NCBI GenBank assembly: GCA_964187785.1
Contig: OZ076409.1
Coordinates: 27,034,001-27,098,000 of the forward strand
Length of the DNA: 64,000 nucleotides
From: Amphiscolops sp. MND2022
Lineage: Eukaryota
Direction: 5' to 3'
Position numbers and translations under genes: made by a program
Notes under the pieces: model-generated
What the model was told of the DNA's origin: nothing
Database searches by the model: none
What the model saw: the letters and a program-made list of their open reading frames with translations, nothing else
Shown: positions 25,201 to 37,200 of the stretch, in pieces
Layout: each line of letters begins with the position of its first letter
Position numbering within the stretch: the stretch's first letter is position 1

Positions 25201-28200
25201 TCGAGGCATCCAGTGACAATTCCAGAGACCAGCCCAGTGTTTTGCTTACCTGGAGAAGTCCCACACTTCCGAATGGACGAATCAAGGGATACATTATCTC
25301 ATACAGTCAGAAAATAGAAGGTATTTCGTTTCACTCATTCACAGCAAATTTGGATAATAAGTTAGATGTTGTTATCTAAAAGATTTTTGACATGAAGCTA
25401 TGATCCATAGTAGGATCAGTTTTAGTATTGAAAAACTATCGAATCGCTCTTCAGAAAAAATCAATTAAGAAAAACTGTGAAAAATTTTCTCCAACCTGAC
25501 GTTTTGACAACGGTTTTTGATTGATTATGCATCTAACAATGCTAGTTTTCCTAATATCTGTTATTGATTTAAGGTCATTGTTAGGGTTTCAAAGCTATGC
25601 GTTGTCTGATGTTGTTTCCTAATCTTCAAAAACATCGGAAAAAATTCTTAGGAGAAGATTCAGTAAACTTGTTTCTATATTTAGCAACACCATGGGCTAT
25701 GGAGCCGATTGGTGGCAATGTGTTCAACCACACAGTTACCAAACTCAAACCCGAGAGTGTGTACTACTTCAAGATGCAGGCTGAGACCTCAATAGGGGGC
25801 GGGGCTTGGAGCGACATCAGAGCAGTCAGAACAGGTTGCAACTGCTATCTATTGTAATACTGAAAATAATACTTCAATCATTGCTAGAACCTGCCGTACT
25901 ATTATCAATGGGAATCACCCTAGCTTTGGCATGATTCTGGTTTGAAGTCGCCGAAATTTGACAGTTCGAATAAAGATCACAGAAATCTTAAGCGACATTT
26001 TGTTCTTTGAACGACTCAATTGTATACATTCTTGAGTCTGCATAGTTTTTTTTCAAGTGATTCAACGTTAGGAAGTATGATGTTTTTTTTCAATTTCTTT
26101 CAAATAATCTGAAAAATTTCCCTGCAACTTGGAAATTATTTCATAGCAGTGGGGTTATCATCGCATATTATGAACCCATGGTCTTAATGATGTCATTATT
26201 CACGCAGAGAACAGATAATAACGTTAATGTTCGACATGATGAAAATATGAGAATGTGAGATGATTTGTAATCATGAACTTTATGTCCTGAATGTGTAAAA
26301 TATTCTATGAATGGGCCTAATAAAGGGTCATCGATAATCACCGGTGGTTTGATATGATTACCCAGGTTAATCCAATTTTCCGGTTGAAAATAATTTGAAA
26401 GTTGTCGGTTTTGCTGTCCCTTTTTCACCAAAGGTTGTAGACATAAATTAGCTCGAAGAAAGACAACACGTGTAACAAAATTAGCCCGCAAAAGGACCAT
26501 GATTGTCGACATGAGATTGAAGTAGGTGAATTAAATTACATACCAAACTACTTGTGAAACTTCTACAGCTCTTGCACAGAACCAAAATTCTCCAAGTTCT
26601 GGCTGGAATAGTTTTCCTCCCGCATTAAATTAGTGACTGAATACATAACAAGACGCGCTCTCAAGACCGGGAATATTTCAATTTTCGGCACATCTGTCGA
26701 ATTTCCAAAAAAAAGAACTCAAGTCGGCGATCCGCCTAAAGCTCAAAAATTGCAATGTCTCATATAAATGCCCTAGTCACTAATAAAGCTAGTCACTAAT
26801 AGTCTGGCACATTCGTTATAAAATGCGCCGCCTAAAAATATCAGTGTCGATGAAACTTCAAATAAGGTTTGGCGATTTCATAGCATCCAAATTATTCGGG
26901 AAGATCGAACTATTGAAAGGGGATTTTGTTGCACAATTATTCAAAAACAGTCTCACAGTGCTGGAAAAATCCTTAATGGAGTCCTTTTGTCTTTTTTAGT
27001 TTAGTATGCTTGTACGGAATTATTGGAATTATAGGTTTCCTTGCATTAAAACACACCTTAGTCCCGACTGTTGGAACTTTTCGCATGTTGCATGCCTACA
27101 CGCACGGTAACTTTTTGTAAAAATGTTTTTTTAATTCAGTAAGCTTTTGACGGTAAGTTCTTTACGATTCCACTGCAGTTTCCAATGTTGCAAACAAAAT
27201 CAAAGAATAGCCTCGCATGCATGAAAGCAGTATGGAAAACTTCCCAGCAGGCTCACCGATGGTCCTGAATGAAATGAGTTTCCTTCCATATTTGGAATAT
27301 GGTGGTAAATAATAACTAATTTTTCAAATATTTTCAGCCTCGTTGGCTGCAATGAACAGAGACAGCGCGGGTTTCGCTGTTTCCGATGACGTAGGCATGC
27401 AAAAAGAACACGTGTACATCATCATCGCGGCTGTGATCGGAGCCTCCCTCATCATCATCTGCCTTATCCTAGCTTTCCTAGTGTGCCACGTATTCTCCAA
27501 GGCATCCAACAAACACAGGTTGGATTGAATCTTCAAGCGATCTAAACTCAAATGAATATAAATTACGGTTTTCTTAATTACACTTTTCGAATAACACATT
27601 TATATTAGATCATATTAATCAATTTCTTTTTTCCTTTTTCTTTTCTTCATCCTTTTTGTCGTATCATTTAAGTTGATTCGGTAGAATATCAACCAACAAG
27701 CCGGGAACGGCCCAAGTCGGCGCCATATCTAAGGCTCAAAAAGACTCGAAAACCACTTTTTCTACAACTGGAGACAACAAAAGCTCTCAAAAAACTAAAA
27801 ATTGAGAAAAAAATTCCGAATTTTTTTGAATTTTTTTTCAAAGTTTCCGGTAAGTCGCATAGTGCCGAAAAATGTAAAGGGGGGACGCTTTTTACCTCAT
27901 GTTAGACGCTTTGGATGCGTTGAAAATGAAGTACTAAGTACATATGGTAAAAATTGGTAAATGTGCATTAATTGCCTTAATGCACAAAAAGTGGACGTTA
28001 CGCGTTGAACTGACGAAAAAAAAACTAGCCACTGTAAGAGTCGGGATTTTCTTCGGAAACGCCGACTAAAAATATGTAGTATCAGAAAGTGTGTCAGACC
28101 CTGCGAAAAAAATATGTTCCAGAAAACCATGGCCCAATTAACAATGTACCACCGACTGCTGTTTAATTACAATTGAAGTCCAAAAATGATTGGTTTTCTA

Positions 28201-31200
28201 TCTCGACCCCGCTAGTTGATTTGAGTACAATCAAGATCCAAGATGAATTAACTCATGAAATGTTGACCCACTTTGTATTAGGCTTAGTAGCGATGAGCAC
28301 TTTCATCCAGCAGTGTTCATTGAATAATAAACATCGGTACATGGGCAATGTTTTGTATGTGGTAGGGATGTTTACCGGTTTTGAACTATATTCGAGTGAG
28401 TTTACTTTGGGTCTTTTCCTGACCGTTCCTTCCGAAAAGCAAACTGTTGTCTCAATTACTATTTGGTTTAAAAAATGAACTCTTCTTTTCTAAAAACAGG
28501 AGATACAATGGCTAGTGGTAAATGCATTTGATAAAAGTAAAGATATGTACATCACTTTTTCGCAAGTTTTTTTGTGAAATTACCTCGACAAATATACTTG
28601 CTTATAGCACAACTTAATTGCTAAGGCGGAGTCCATAGTTTTTACTTCAACCCTTTAAGGTCTTCTTAAAAGTGTCACCCTTTAATGGGAGGCTGAACGG
28701 GTTTCAAAATTCAATCATTGGCGGCTTCCTATGTGACGTCATCAAGTCTGGCACATGATAGCTGGCACCCCTGGCTCCAACAAAATGTGCTCAAATTTCC
28801 CGCACTTTTCCACTATTTCACCCCATTTCCTGCCTTTTCTAGGCTAAACACAATCCAATACACGCCAACTTCTGAAACAGCAGGCTACAACGGCTCCACC
28901 CCACATCATATGATGGCATCAACTGTTAAAGGCCCACCCCCCACCAATTCCCTCTTTTCCTCCTCGCCTTCAGACCCTCAGGCGGCCGGATTTGTGGAGG
29001 TGAAGCAAATTGAACAAGACGCCCTGAGGAAGTCGCCAGCAGAAATCATGGCGACACACCAAAATGGTCAGATTTTGTTTCAAGGTGGTGAACTAATCCT
29101 TCTGATGCTTTGCTTTCTCTCTCCCTCTGCTAAAATTTGATCACAAAAAGAACCCACAATGTTCAATTTTTGAAAAATTCGATCAGCCAAAATTATCTCG
29201 AGACGGTGCCATCGGATATTGCAGGTATTACTGGAAAAATCATATCCCCTAATTAGGCAACATGTTCATTGTGATGCTTGTTCGCTTTCTGTCTGCCCCG
29301 ACGTGATTACATCCCCCAGGAAAACAAGGAAAGACTGTGCATGATGGTAATCCCCTGAATCTATTGCGTAATTATCCATAGCTTGTTTCTCGGAATGAAA
29401 TTTGAGATAATCTTACTGAAGGCAAATTTATTAGAAGAAAAATGTAATCAGCGGAATTTTTATTCGAGTGATTGAAAAAATAGGCCTCCTAAAAAGCATG
29501 GTTTGAAGAGCTCTACCAAGCGTGATTTTTTGCTTATTAATGCGTGCTTGTTTTTAAGCGTTGCTTTTGAAGCCAAGTTATAATTTATGAAAGCTTCTAT
29601 TTCATGAATGAGTTTTCGCAATTTCGTCACAATGATCAAACTATATTTCAAGTTTTTTTATTATTGAAGTACAGTTATTTTCCCGTCAAATGGTCCCAAT
29701 TGATTCAATCCGAACTTTGCAGAACACAATTTTCATTTTTTTTCTTCTTTTTCTCAATTTATTTCAAATGATGAAATTTTTGGAACCGATGTGGAACCGA
29801 ACGTAGTTTGGAAAATACGAAAACGTCATTCTTCTCAAATAGTCAGTACCTTGATACAAAGATGGCTACTAAACTGGAAAACCTTGAATGAATACCTTTG
29901 CGCGCGGCTTGTACTATTCTGCTTTTGCTAAACTTGGTTTTTTTTCCAAACCGTAGTAAAAAACATGGATTTTTTTCCAATTTCAAGGAATGCCCTTCTA
30001 CCAACACCCGACCAATGACTCACCATCGGGGGGCATCAGAGTACCTATGCCGACCCCGGGAGTGCCTATGCCCCAATACCAGAGCATGGGGGGACCACAA
30101 CACCAGGACATGCAGTTCGCGATGCCCCCTCCTCCGTCCAACTCCAACTGTGTCACCCCTTCGGCCGCCCAATTACCCCATCTGGCGGGGAGAAGTGCGT
30201 TCATGACTACCAGTCCCCTCCTGAAGGACCTCCCTGATGAGGGTGGCAATACTCTGTACCCTAAAGGTCAATACTTTTTAGCATCTCACACTATTTAGCT
30301 CATTTTCCATCCAACTTTCATTTTCCATAATGGAGGACGTTCGTTTTGAAGCAAAAGCAGGGAAGTGTCAATCTATTCAATCATTTAAAGCTTTCGTATA
30401 AATTACTCGAAAGAAACCGCGTCTTGATAAAAATAAAGAAGAAGAAAGTTTATCTCCCCAATTCCGCTGGTTGGACGTCAGCAGTTCTACTTCTTCTAAG
30501 TTGGCGCCCTTTCGGATACTTGTGGCATTTCTCCAAAGCAAACTAAAGTACCATTTTTACAGCCAAATGGTCGCCTTAAAACTGTGGTTTCAAATTGACT
30601 TGCTGAAAGTTACAAAGGTCTGACTGCTCACCGTTGCTCTTTTCGTTTGCGCTTATCTCCGTCAATTTTTCGTTTCCTCTTCCAATGGATTCAAAATTTG
30701 TAACAAGTTGAAACTGATTTCGGAGATCTATCGTTGCAAGATTAATGTGGCCTCTGAGAATCAAAGAACATATCTTTTGAAAAATTAGTAAAACATGTTT
30801 TTTTTAAAAATGTGATATGATCTCTGGTTTTTGAAATAAATGTTTTCAACAAAAGCTCATACACAGAATTGAATTGATTGGCTCGATTGGTGCGGTTCGA
30901 TCGCCTTTGACCATCATTATTTATTTGCTACGGTAACGATTCCGTATACTTGACAACCAATTACGTACTTTTGTACGTAAAAGTTTTGTCATTAACTGTT
31001 GAGGATGGTTTTTGTGTAGGGTACCACGAAGTGCCCACAGTGCAGTCTCCTAGCGACTTCAACATGCAGTTTGTTCAGCCGAGAGCCACTGCTGGTTTCT
31101 ACCCCCACAGTCACAGCAACGGCAGCAGTCACGTATCCAGTTAGCACTCTTTTCTTTCTAAGCACCCTTCGAAGAGAGAACACAAAAGAAAGTTAATTTT

Positions 31201-34200
31201 CCCAATTCCGTGGGTTGTATGTCGAATAAGCAGTTCTGCTTTTCTAAGTCGGTGCCCTTTCGTACCATATTTGCAGCCAAGTGGTGTCAAGCAATGGTCG
31301 GCTTGAAGCTGTGGTTTCAAAGTGACTTGCTCACTGTTCAAAGAATTTTGGTCTCATCAAAAACCATGGCAAAAATATTGAGCAATAGAACTTATTTCAT
31401 TATGAGACAAAGAACACAATGGAGGTTTGAGAAAGTCATTTTTACATGTTGATTTATTTAAATTCTAGACAGAAATAAACAGCATGAATGTACTTTCTCA
31501 ATGCAACTCGGTTAAATGACACAGATGCTCCTGTGGAAAGAGAAAATTTTTTTTCAGAATATAATCAATTTCACGGCCACTATAACGGCCCATTTCGAGT
31601 ACATTTACGACCTATTCTACTTTTTGGGTAAAACTAGAATTAGCATGAAGTTATGGCATGGCCTATTGAGGAAAGCAGTATGCAGAGCCGGATGAAAATA
31701 AAAAAACGCACCCAAAATTCGAAAACATAGATAGCTTGCTACAAACAATGGTATTCACTAGCTACCATTGTTAACATGATTTCGAGAAGGCTGCCATTGT
31801 TATGAAAGATCGCACCAAGCGTACCGTTCTTGATCATCGTCTCGACAAAGAGAGAAGACTTTCCACAACTGTTACAAGGGTTTCATGGTAACATGTCCCA
31901 AACTGGTTCACCGCGCTGGTTAAATGAGGTCAAAATCCCGCAGACAAAACTTTTATTGTTGGCAAAGGTAGACTATCTCCTCGATTTGAGTTTTTCGGAA
32001 TGGTGCAACCTTTTTCGAGAATATTTTGTCTAATTCATAAACAGAGTTAGCATGCGATCTAAAAAGCATCCAGCGGTGACAAAAAGGCTCCTCCTTCAAT
32101 TCTTTACAATTTTAACTAAATTGAAAACCTGAATGAACCCAAAATGTCCCTGCGACTTTTCGCGAAAACTTTTCATTTCACTGGCAGTCTCCTTTCTGTT
32201 TTTTTTGACGTTTTCAGTTTATTAAAAAGCGTTTTCAAAGCCTAAAAACGATCTTATGGTTAATATCAGTATTGTGCGATTTTCATGAAAGAAATGAACT
32301 TTAACAAGACCTCTCCCTTTCGCCCTGGAACCGAGTTTTTCATGTTTTATCCGTTAATCAGAGTCGTAGTCTTGCCTTTTTCCTCATTTACTGTTTTTTA
32401 TTAGAACAAACAAAGCTACTAAAATGCCCTATTCCGAATCAAAAATGATTCCATAAAGTACATGCGGTCTTGTGATATCGAAAACAGAGGAAATACTGAC
32501 ATCTTGGAATTTCATATGCATAAGTGCAAAAACTGGTTTCCAGATCTGAAGAGACTTTTTTAGATTCATTCCGATACATTTTAGTCAATTTAGGCTGAAT
32601 GATCTCTCGTGCATTTTCTCGAGGCGGTATTAGAAAATCATGCCAAAAAATTTGGAGTGTTACTATGCCTTTTGTAATCGAAACTTTCTTAGACCCCAAG
32701 AGCATTGTAATCAAATTCTGTCCACTTAAAATTCAACGACAATGATTTTCAACAATTACCGTGAATTTTCAACAATCTGCATAAACTTGATTTCGTAGGC
32801 TTTAATTAGAAATCGAAAAAGAATTATTGAATACGCATTTGAAAATGAAGTAGCAGATTGAAAAACTGTTTCGAAGTTTGCTTTGAGTTATCTTTTCGGA
32901 TATTGTACAGAAATCATAGAAGTCATATTACTTTCTATTTTCAATAATTTTTGTTATAAGCGCCCCACTTAAGGCTCAAAAAAGCGCAAAGTTTTAAAAA
33001 TATGCTCAGGACATTTTTTATGAAAAACTCACATAAAAATGCCAAAACACCCAAAGTTTTCGCGTTGGGACGAATAGGCTCGCTTGTTTTCGAACCTCTG
33101 CCTCTTTTTTCTCCGCTCTAGTAAAAACGGAATATAGTTCGGATATAACGTCAAAAATTCGAATAGTGTTGAAAAATTGATGAGTGAATAAGAAATACAC
33201 AATGAGAAAACTTAAATTCAGACTAAAATAAGAATTTTGAAACTGTCTCATAATGCCGAAAATGTAAAAGCCTTGTTTCATTAAACTTGTTTGAAAATAT
33301 CAAAAAAATGAAGCGGGACCCTTTGGAAACATTTTGAAAAATTTCGAAAACAGTCTAACAGTCCCGAAAAAAAATCGGACCCTTTAGTCTTGTCCGGTTT
33401 TGTATGTTACGTTCAAAGTGTTAAAAATGAAAGGGGACACTTTGCAATAACTTAGATGCGTTTCCCAGATATTCGTTTAGTTGAACAAACTGAACAAGAA
33501 TTTCGTTGCATTCGAGTCTGTCTAAACTTAACTGAAAACAGAAAAAAAATCAAAAAGCGAATGACTGTATTAGTCAGGTTCTTTTATTTTATGAAAGCGC
33601 CGACTAAAAACGCTCAAATACCAGCCACAATTCTGTTCTCTAACTTCTAAAAGTTTTTGGGAATTTTCGAACAATGTTAAACGTACTCTGTGTTTGTGAA
33701 GTTTTTGTGTTAAACTTTAGAGAATCAGTTTTCAGAAAAATAACAAAATTTGCGTCTCGTTTTATTTCTCATTATCAACTATTTTCATCTAACTGCTTGA
33801 AAAATTTCCAAAGTGCCACCCATGTTGACCATTATTGCTTAGTCGCGGCTTTTTATTGATGATCATGGCTTTATATTCAAATCATGGCTAATCACTCCTG
33901 GTGATTTTAATTACATTCAAATGATTGATAAATATTCATGATAATGGCGCTGATGAGAACCCGAGATTCATCCATCACAAACTATGACAGAAAGCTTCAT
34001 GTTTTGTTAACCATAGAAGTTTTCACGAAGTCTGTGATAATTTATACACTTAAGCAAAACTCACCCAGAAGGGTTCGAATGGAACAAAATTTGTTTCAGA
34101 ATATTTCCTACAAGAATTGGGGAAAACCACAAAATATTGAATCTGTCAAACTTTCAAAATAAGTTTTGAAATTACCTTTAGAAATCAGATTCATAACGTT

Positions 34201-37200
34201 GTAATTTACAAAGACAATTTTTGTACGAATTATCATATCATCTTTTATTTTAGACGTGGAACTCCTAAATCACTATTGCAAATTGAATGAAGTTCTAGAC
34301 CTTTTCATGCTTAAATTCAATGAGTTTTCAGCCATGATTGAACATGACATCAAGATTTTTCATCTACGATTTTCGGCCATGATCATTCAATATCATTGAA
34401 TCATTCTTTGCATAGCGAACCCATAAACCCTTGATGAATCATGGATGGTAAGCCACCACCAGTACACTTGGAAAACCTTCACACAAGAATATCAAGTGAT
34501 ATAACTTTTATACTTCTTACTAGGTTTCAAAATTTAAAAAACCTACGTAAGTTCAGTTGAAATTGGAGAGGTTCTTGCTTCTTTTATTATTTTGCATAAT
34601 GTATATTCATAGAAAATATCGAGCTTTTAAATGATTTTTACCAATTTCAGCTTTTCGATACCATGGTACCTCACCGTGGCGAATGAAGATAATTTGACAA
34701 CATCACAAAAGTTAAACTCAAACGATCTCGAATCTTTGAAACCAATTTAAACTTGATCGTTTTCTGGATTTTCTTTACTTTTATCGAGACTTTATTCTCT
34801 TTACTGTTTTCCTAATCCCATTTTTGCATTCTGTTCCCATTCAAGAAAATCTTAACGTCTTTTATTTCTGGTGCTACATCTCTTTCCTTCATGCTTATTC
34901 GAATTTCTAGATAATCTTCCTTCTAGAATTTTTCCGCTTTCTTATTCTTATCCAGATAATGAGTATCATTCGTTAGATACTATTCCAGACTCCGTTTTTA
35001 GTCAGCGCTTTTAACTAAACCTAAAGTCGCGTAGTATTCTTTCTCAGTACCTCACTTTTCGGAGATCTATCGGAGATTCAAAAAAGATCTATTTGAAAAG
35101 ATTTTTCAATAATTTCTGACATTCAGTAAGACGCTCAGTAAGAACAACTATAGAAAACTTACCTTGTACAAATCATCAACTTGAAATGATCTTAGCAAGC
35201 GGCTATTGTCACCTGGTTTGCCACTATCTTCGCAAAGTTTCAAATTTATTTAACAAGGCCCATACCATGATATCGACAAAAGTATCATGTCTTCGAATGC
35301 TGGGCAGGGCAGTTTGAAATAACATTCTTTATTTCAAAGGTTCAGAGCTGAAAGTGCAGTGAGGGTTAAACTTTTCTATTGAAACAAGAAATTCTTGATG
35401 GCCCAAAAGTTTTCAATATCAAAATTCCATTGTTCTGGTATTTTCCAGGACTAAGTGTCGCAAAATGATTTTCATACTTATTGTCTCCCTGATGAGGCGC
35501 TTAATTTGAACCGACTTTATTTGACCCTGTAAATCTTTAGACAAAATGGGAACTTCTGTAGAGCTCAGATATGTTTCAGTGGAATGACTAGAAAGAAGTG
35601 ATAAAATTTCACTCTCCTGGTTTACATACATTTTTCTTCAAATTGAATTCAGTGAAATCAGAAAAAAACTGAAAGTGCCAGAATGTTCTTTTTCATTAAG
35701 AAACGAACTAGGTTAAAAACTTATTGGTTATTGCCCTTTCTTCTCTCTCACCTTAAAATTCATTTTTCTAATGAGTTTTTTTCCACGTTGTTACGGCGAC
35801 AAAATATTTAAATTAAAACCCTCCTCGCAATTACAACAAATCAATGCAACTTCCAGAAATAAATGGAAGTTTTCAGATTGCGATAAAAGCTTTGATTCCA
35901 TGAGAAGTTATTAAGACTTGCCCCGGGGAAACTAGAATAGAAAAAGACAACCTCCTGTCACGGCATCAAAGCAGTGGTAAGTGGTAGCGTTTAAAATGCC
36001 GCCATTTTTATCATGTTTATGGCGGCATGTCATAGAACAGTCAACTTTTCCCTACCTCTGGGTGTTTAATTGGGATCTAGATGGTAATTTGGATGACGTC
36101 TTTATAAAAAAAGCCTTTCTTCTTTTGAAAAACCCTAGATGCGTGTCTTTTTGTCTTTTTTAAGGTTCTGATTTTTGTGTAATTTTGCTGAGAAAATAAC
36201 GTGAGTTTTTGGGTACGCCAATTTGAAAAATTTCTGCATGTTTTCAAAGTTAAATTTGATGTAAAACCTCAAAGTTAGATGGCACCACTAACTTTCGTAT
36301 TCCGAATGACTAAGCAATAGAGCCTGGACCAGTAAAGACTTTCGCTTAACCGATTAACCGTTAAAAATAATCGGTTAATCGGCTAACCGATAATGTATCT
36401 CAATTACAATGAAAAAAATCGAATAAAGTTGCATTGCGATAAGTTGTATTATAAGAATTCAAGCGAACTTCCATCGAATTCAAAATAGGTTCTATGGCAT
36501 ACAAATTTAACATATGTCCAAAAGTGCAAATGATTACTTGTGAATCAGCACTGGAACAAGTAATTGTAATTCCTGTGTAGAGCTGTGTAGAGTTAAAGTG
36601 CTTCCACTATCGTTAGCGACGTTCAAATCCTACTTTCTGCGTCGTTTTCCAGTAACTAATTAAAATTTTTTTCAATCGTTTAACAATTGATTAACCGGTT
36701 AACTGGTTCAGGCTCTGCTAAGCAATCACTATTTGTACCATTGACAACTACATGTATTATCGGAGTTCATAACGCTGTCATACGGTTCCATGCAAGGAAC
36801 GCAGGCATTGCTTGAAATTCAAAAATGGAACCAACTTCAACCTCTCGTGCTCAAAAGTGACATCTTTGTTCATGCCAACGCCAGCAAAAGTGTACTACCG
36901 ACTAACGATGCTGAATCTTTTTGTAGAATGATATTTTGTAAAAACTATTTTTTTGTTAAAAAACGGTTTTTGTAACAGAAGTGTCAATTAACGCAACTGA
37001 AAAATCAAATGTCAAATCCCACGATATAAAGTTGAGAGTGTACCAAGTTTTCAAATCAAATTAAGTTTTTGTAACGATATAGCAAAAATCGTTCTTTATA
37101 AATCTTTAATGATTTCACTGAGACATAATTTACATAATTTTCCAGGTGCTGGAGGTCACCCAGTGACGTCATCAGTGGCCTTGGGTGGAGGAGTGGGATT

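Noticed and set aside
34651..34720. Possible extra exon after a tttcag acceptor
   Set aside because: The required phase hits a stop with no convincing donor, and the flanking exons already join in frame.
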